Shown one piece after another: positions 30,497 through 32,737 of a DNA stretch of 32,737 nucleotides. How positions within the stretch are numbered: position 1 is the first letter of the stretch; the number at the start of each line of letters is the position of its first letter. This DNA comes from Candidatus Cloacimonas sp. 4484_275. Its GTDB lineage: Bacteria; Cloacimonadota; Cloacimonadia; Cloacimonadales; TCS61. The stretch lies in contig NATF01000012.1 in NCBI GenBank assembly GCA_002085205.1, forward strand, positions 1 to 32,737, written 5' to 3'. The notes below the pieces were generated by a model. It was given only the letters and a program-made list of their open reading frames with translations. It had not been told where the DNA came from and made no database searches. The position numbers and the translations under genes were made by a program.

Positions 30497-32171
30497 TAAA
30501 TTCTCTTAGAATCAAAAATTTTATAATTGTCAAAGAATTGGAACTTAATTTTGGAAAAGGATTACAGGTTTTAAGCGGAGAAACCGGCACCGGAAAGTCG
30601 ATAATTGTGGGAGCGATAGATTTTGCGTTCGGAGGAAAATTTCATCCCGGTTTCTTATTTGACGACTCAAAACCCGCAATTGTAGAGATAACTTTCGATG
30701 TTAATTCCGAAAATAAAAGTTTGTTAAAATTAATTTCGGAATACGAAGTTGATATTTCCGAAAACGAAATTTGTTTTACCACCGAATTAACTCCGCTTCA
30801 GAAAAGAAGAATTTTTTTGAACGGCAGGCGAATTTCTCGGAGCATTGTAAAACAATTTAGAGATTTGTTGCTTGATTTTCACAGTCAGCGCGACCAACAA
30901 TAATCGACAAATTCGGAGATTTGCAAACCGAACTAAAAGATTATCAAAGGCAATTCAGGGAAATTGAAAGTTTGAGCGAACAATTGCAAGAATTGCAAAC
31001 AGGCGAATCGGAACGGGAGGAGCGGATTAAATTGTATGAGTATCAGGCTGAGGAAATTGAGGAAATAAATCCTAAAATCGGAGAAGACGAAGAATTGCAA
31101 AAGGAGTGGAATTTGCTTTCCAACGCCAAGGAAATTATTTCTCAGGCGACTTTTATCGAGCAAGCCGTTTACGAAGCGGATAATTCGGTTTACGATATCA
31201 TAAATTCGTTCATCAACCGTCTTTCCGATTTTGAGGAAGCCGGCTCAAAAATTACGGATATTATTTCTTATTTGAAGGAATCGGCGGCAAATCTGGAAGA
31301 AGCCGTTTCCGAAGCAAGAAATCTGCGAGACAGTATCGAAATCGACGATCTTCGGTTGCAAGAATGCGAGACAAGATTAAATGAATTGAATGCTCTTAAA
31401 AGCAAATATAAAATGGAATTGCCGGAAATATTAAATTATTATCGGAAAATTAAAGGACTAATTGCAGAATCAAAATCCGATATTACTCGAATCAGTGAAC
31501 TTGAAGCGGAATTAAAAAAGAAATCTGAAGAACTTCATAAAAAAGCGGAAAAATTAAGCGAAAAAAGAAAAAGAATTTCGATAAAACTGGAAAAAGAAAT
31601 AGTCGAAAATATCAAAAAATTAGCAATTCCGGATGCTGAAATAAAGATAAAATTTGACAAAGTAACAAGAAAAAAAGTTTTTACTTCTTATTTGCAGGGA
31701 TTGTCCGAAACAGGACAAGATAGCGTAGAGATCTTTTTTTCAGCAAATAAGGGAGTAAAATTACAACCACTTTCCGTGTCGGCATCGGGAGGAGAAATTT
31801 CCAGGGTGCTTTTGGCGATAAAAAAGATTCTTTCCGATAAAATGGAAAGCAGAACGGTTATTTTTGACGAGATAGACACCGGAATCGGAGGTGAGACCGC
31901 CAATTATTTAGGAGAATTTATTTATAAAATAGGTAGGTTTCATCAAGTGGTTTGTATCACTCATTTGGCTCAGATAGCTTCTTTGGCGGATAAAAACTTT
32001 GCGATTGAAAAGATGAGCAAAAAGAATATTTCCGAAGTAATTGTTCGGGAACTTGATGCGAACGAGAAAAAAGAAGAAATTGCCAGAATGCTGTCCGGCA
32101 CAAAATCGGAATTAGCCGTAAAACATGCAGAAGAAATAATAAAAAAGAATTTGAGGAGAATTGATGGTTAG
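30493..32171 (+). pseudogene. recN: DNA repair protein RecN, interrupted at ~30895-30925 by a frameshift with ~9 codons apparently missing
   Basis: ORF 1 has Walker A LSGETGTGKSII and ends ...LLLDFHSQRDQQ*. The frame 2 nt ahead then reads ...PTIIDKFGDLQTELKDYQRQF..., through the coiled coil, to the signature LSVSASGGEISRVLLAIK and Walker B VIFDEIDTGIGG. Confidence 0.88.
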
Positions 32172-32737
32172 ATTAAGCAAAAGAACACAATATTTTATAG
32201 TATTTCTAATTTTTGTCGTATCGGTAGGAATCGGACTGAAAAAATCAAATCTGATGAAACAAACCAAAATTTCGTTAGATACTTCCAAGGCAACTAAGAT
32301 TTTCAAAGAAGAAAAAAACATGAAAAAAGTTCAGCTAGGCAGGTTGAAGGTTTGACCGAAGAAAAGGTGCAACTGAACGAAGAGGCTCAGTTTGATATCA
32401 ATATTGAAGAGCATTTGAAAAATAATAAATTTTTGATAGAGAAAACAAAAGAAGATATCAGTAAACGAAGAACCAGATCGACTGAAAAACTTAATGATTC
32501 CAATCGGTTGTTGAAAAAATTGCAGATGGAAATAGACAGTTTGAATTATGTGAAGGTTCTTCAAAAGCATAATAAAGATTACACATTGATTTTTCTCACG
32601 GTGATCCAAAACGACAAAACAACGACTTTTGCCTATAAAATGAAAGTTTTTGTAAAAACCACTTTTATTTCTTTGTTCTTGTTTATTTTGGGATTTATTC
32701 TTTTCTATTTGTTTATTATTCTTCTCACGAAATTAAT
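32161..32737 (+). pseudogene. Membrane-anchored coiled-coil protein of unknown function, apparently frameshifted near an A-run at ~32318-32330; runs off the right edge
   Basis: ORF 32161-32355 (TM segment YFIVFLIFVVSVGIGL) stops at 32355. The frame 2 nt ahead is open from ~32298 to the window end (…QVEGLTEEKVQLNEEAQFDINIEEHLKNNKFLIEKTKEDISKRR…LFLFILGFILFYLFIILL) and has no ATG near its beginning. Confidence 0.35.

Noticed and set aside
32331-32609. 92-aa minus-strand ORF near the right edge
   Set aside because: It is antisense to the coiled-coil coding frame that stays open to the window end. It is Phe/Leu/Ile-rich shadow translation.

Overview
AT-rich (mid-30s % GC by eye) chromosomal segment from a diderm bacterium, judged by LolA, LptE-like and SurA-like genes and lipoboxes. 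I cannot place it taxonomically from sequence alone. It spans the replication-origin neighbourhood. All genes left of ~19.4 kb are on the minus strand: manC, lolA, ftsK, an LptE-like gene, the complete F1Fo ATP synthase operon, bactofilin, parB, parA and rsmG. All genes right of it are on the plus strand: ruvB, dnaA, lipoprotein/PPIase genes, pgpA, yajC, def, fmt, DUF116, rsgA, nadK and recN. Clusters of consensus DnaA boxes lie on both sides of dnaA, with an AT-rich block upstream. I found no rRNA, tRNA, CRISPR array, transposase, integrase or recognisable defence system.

Three things stand out:
1. The atp operon has a canonical c subunit with a two-carboxylate Na+-type site. Next to it is a covalently fused multi-hairpin c-subunit paralog in which the ion-binding Glu is Gln in every complete hairpin.
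2. There are parS-like palindromes, and a ParB ORF fused in frame to an M23 peptidase directly upstream of a bactofilin gene.
3. The window has an unusually high density of clean structural lesions in essential genes. These are three perfect 20-27 bp tandem duplications and about 8-9 internal deletions or frameshifts, including an in-frame RluB-YchF-FtsK chimera. No other decay is visible. This points to assembly or consensus artefacts, or to very recent events, and needs read-level verification.
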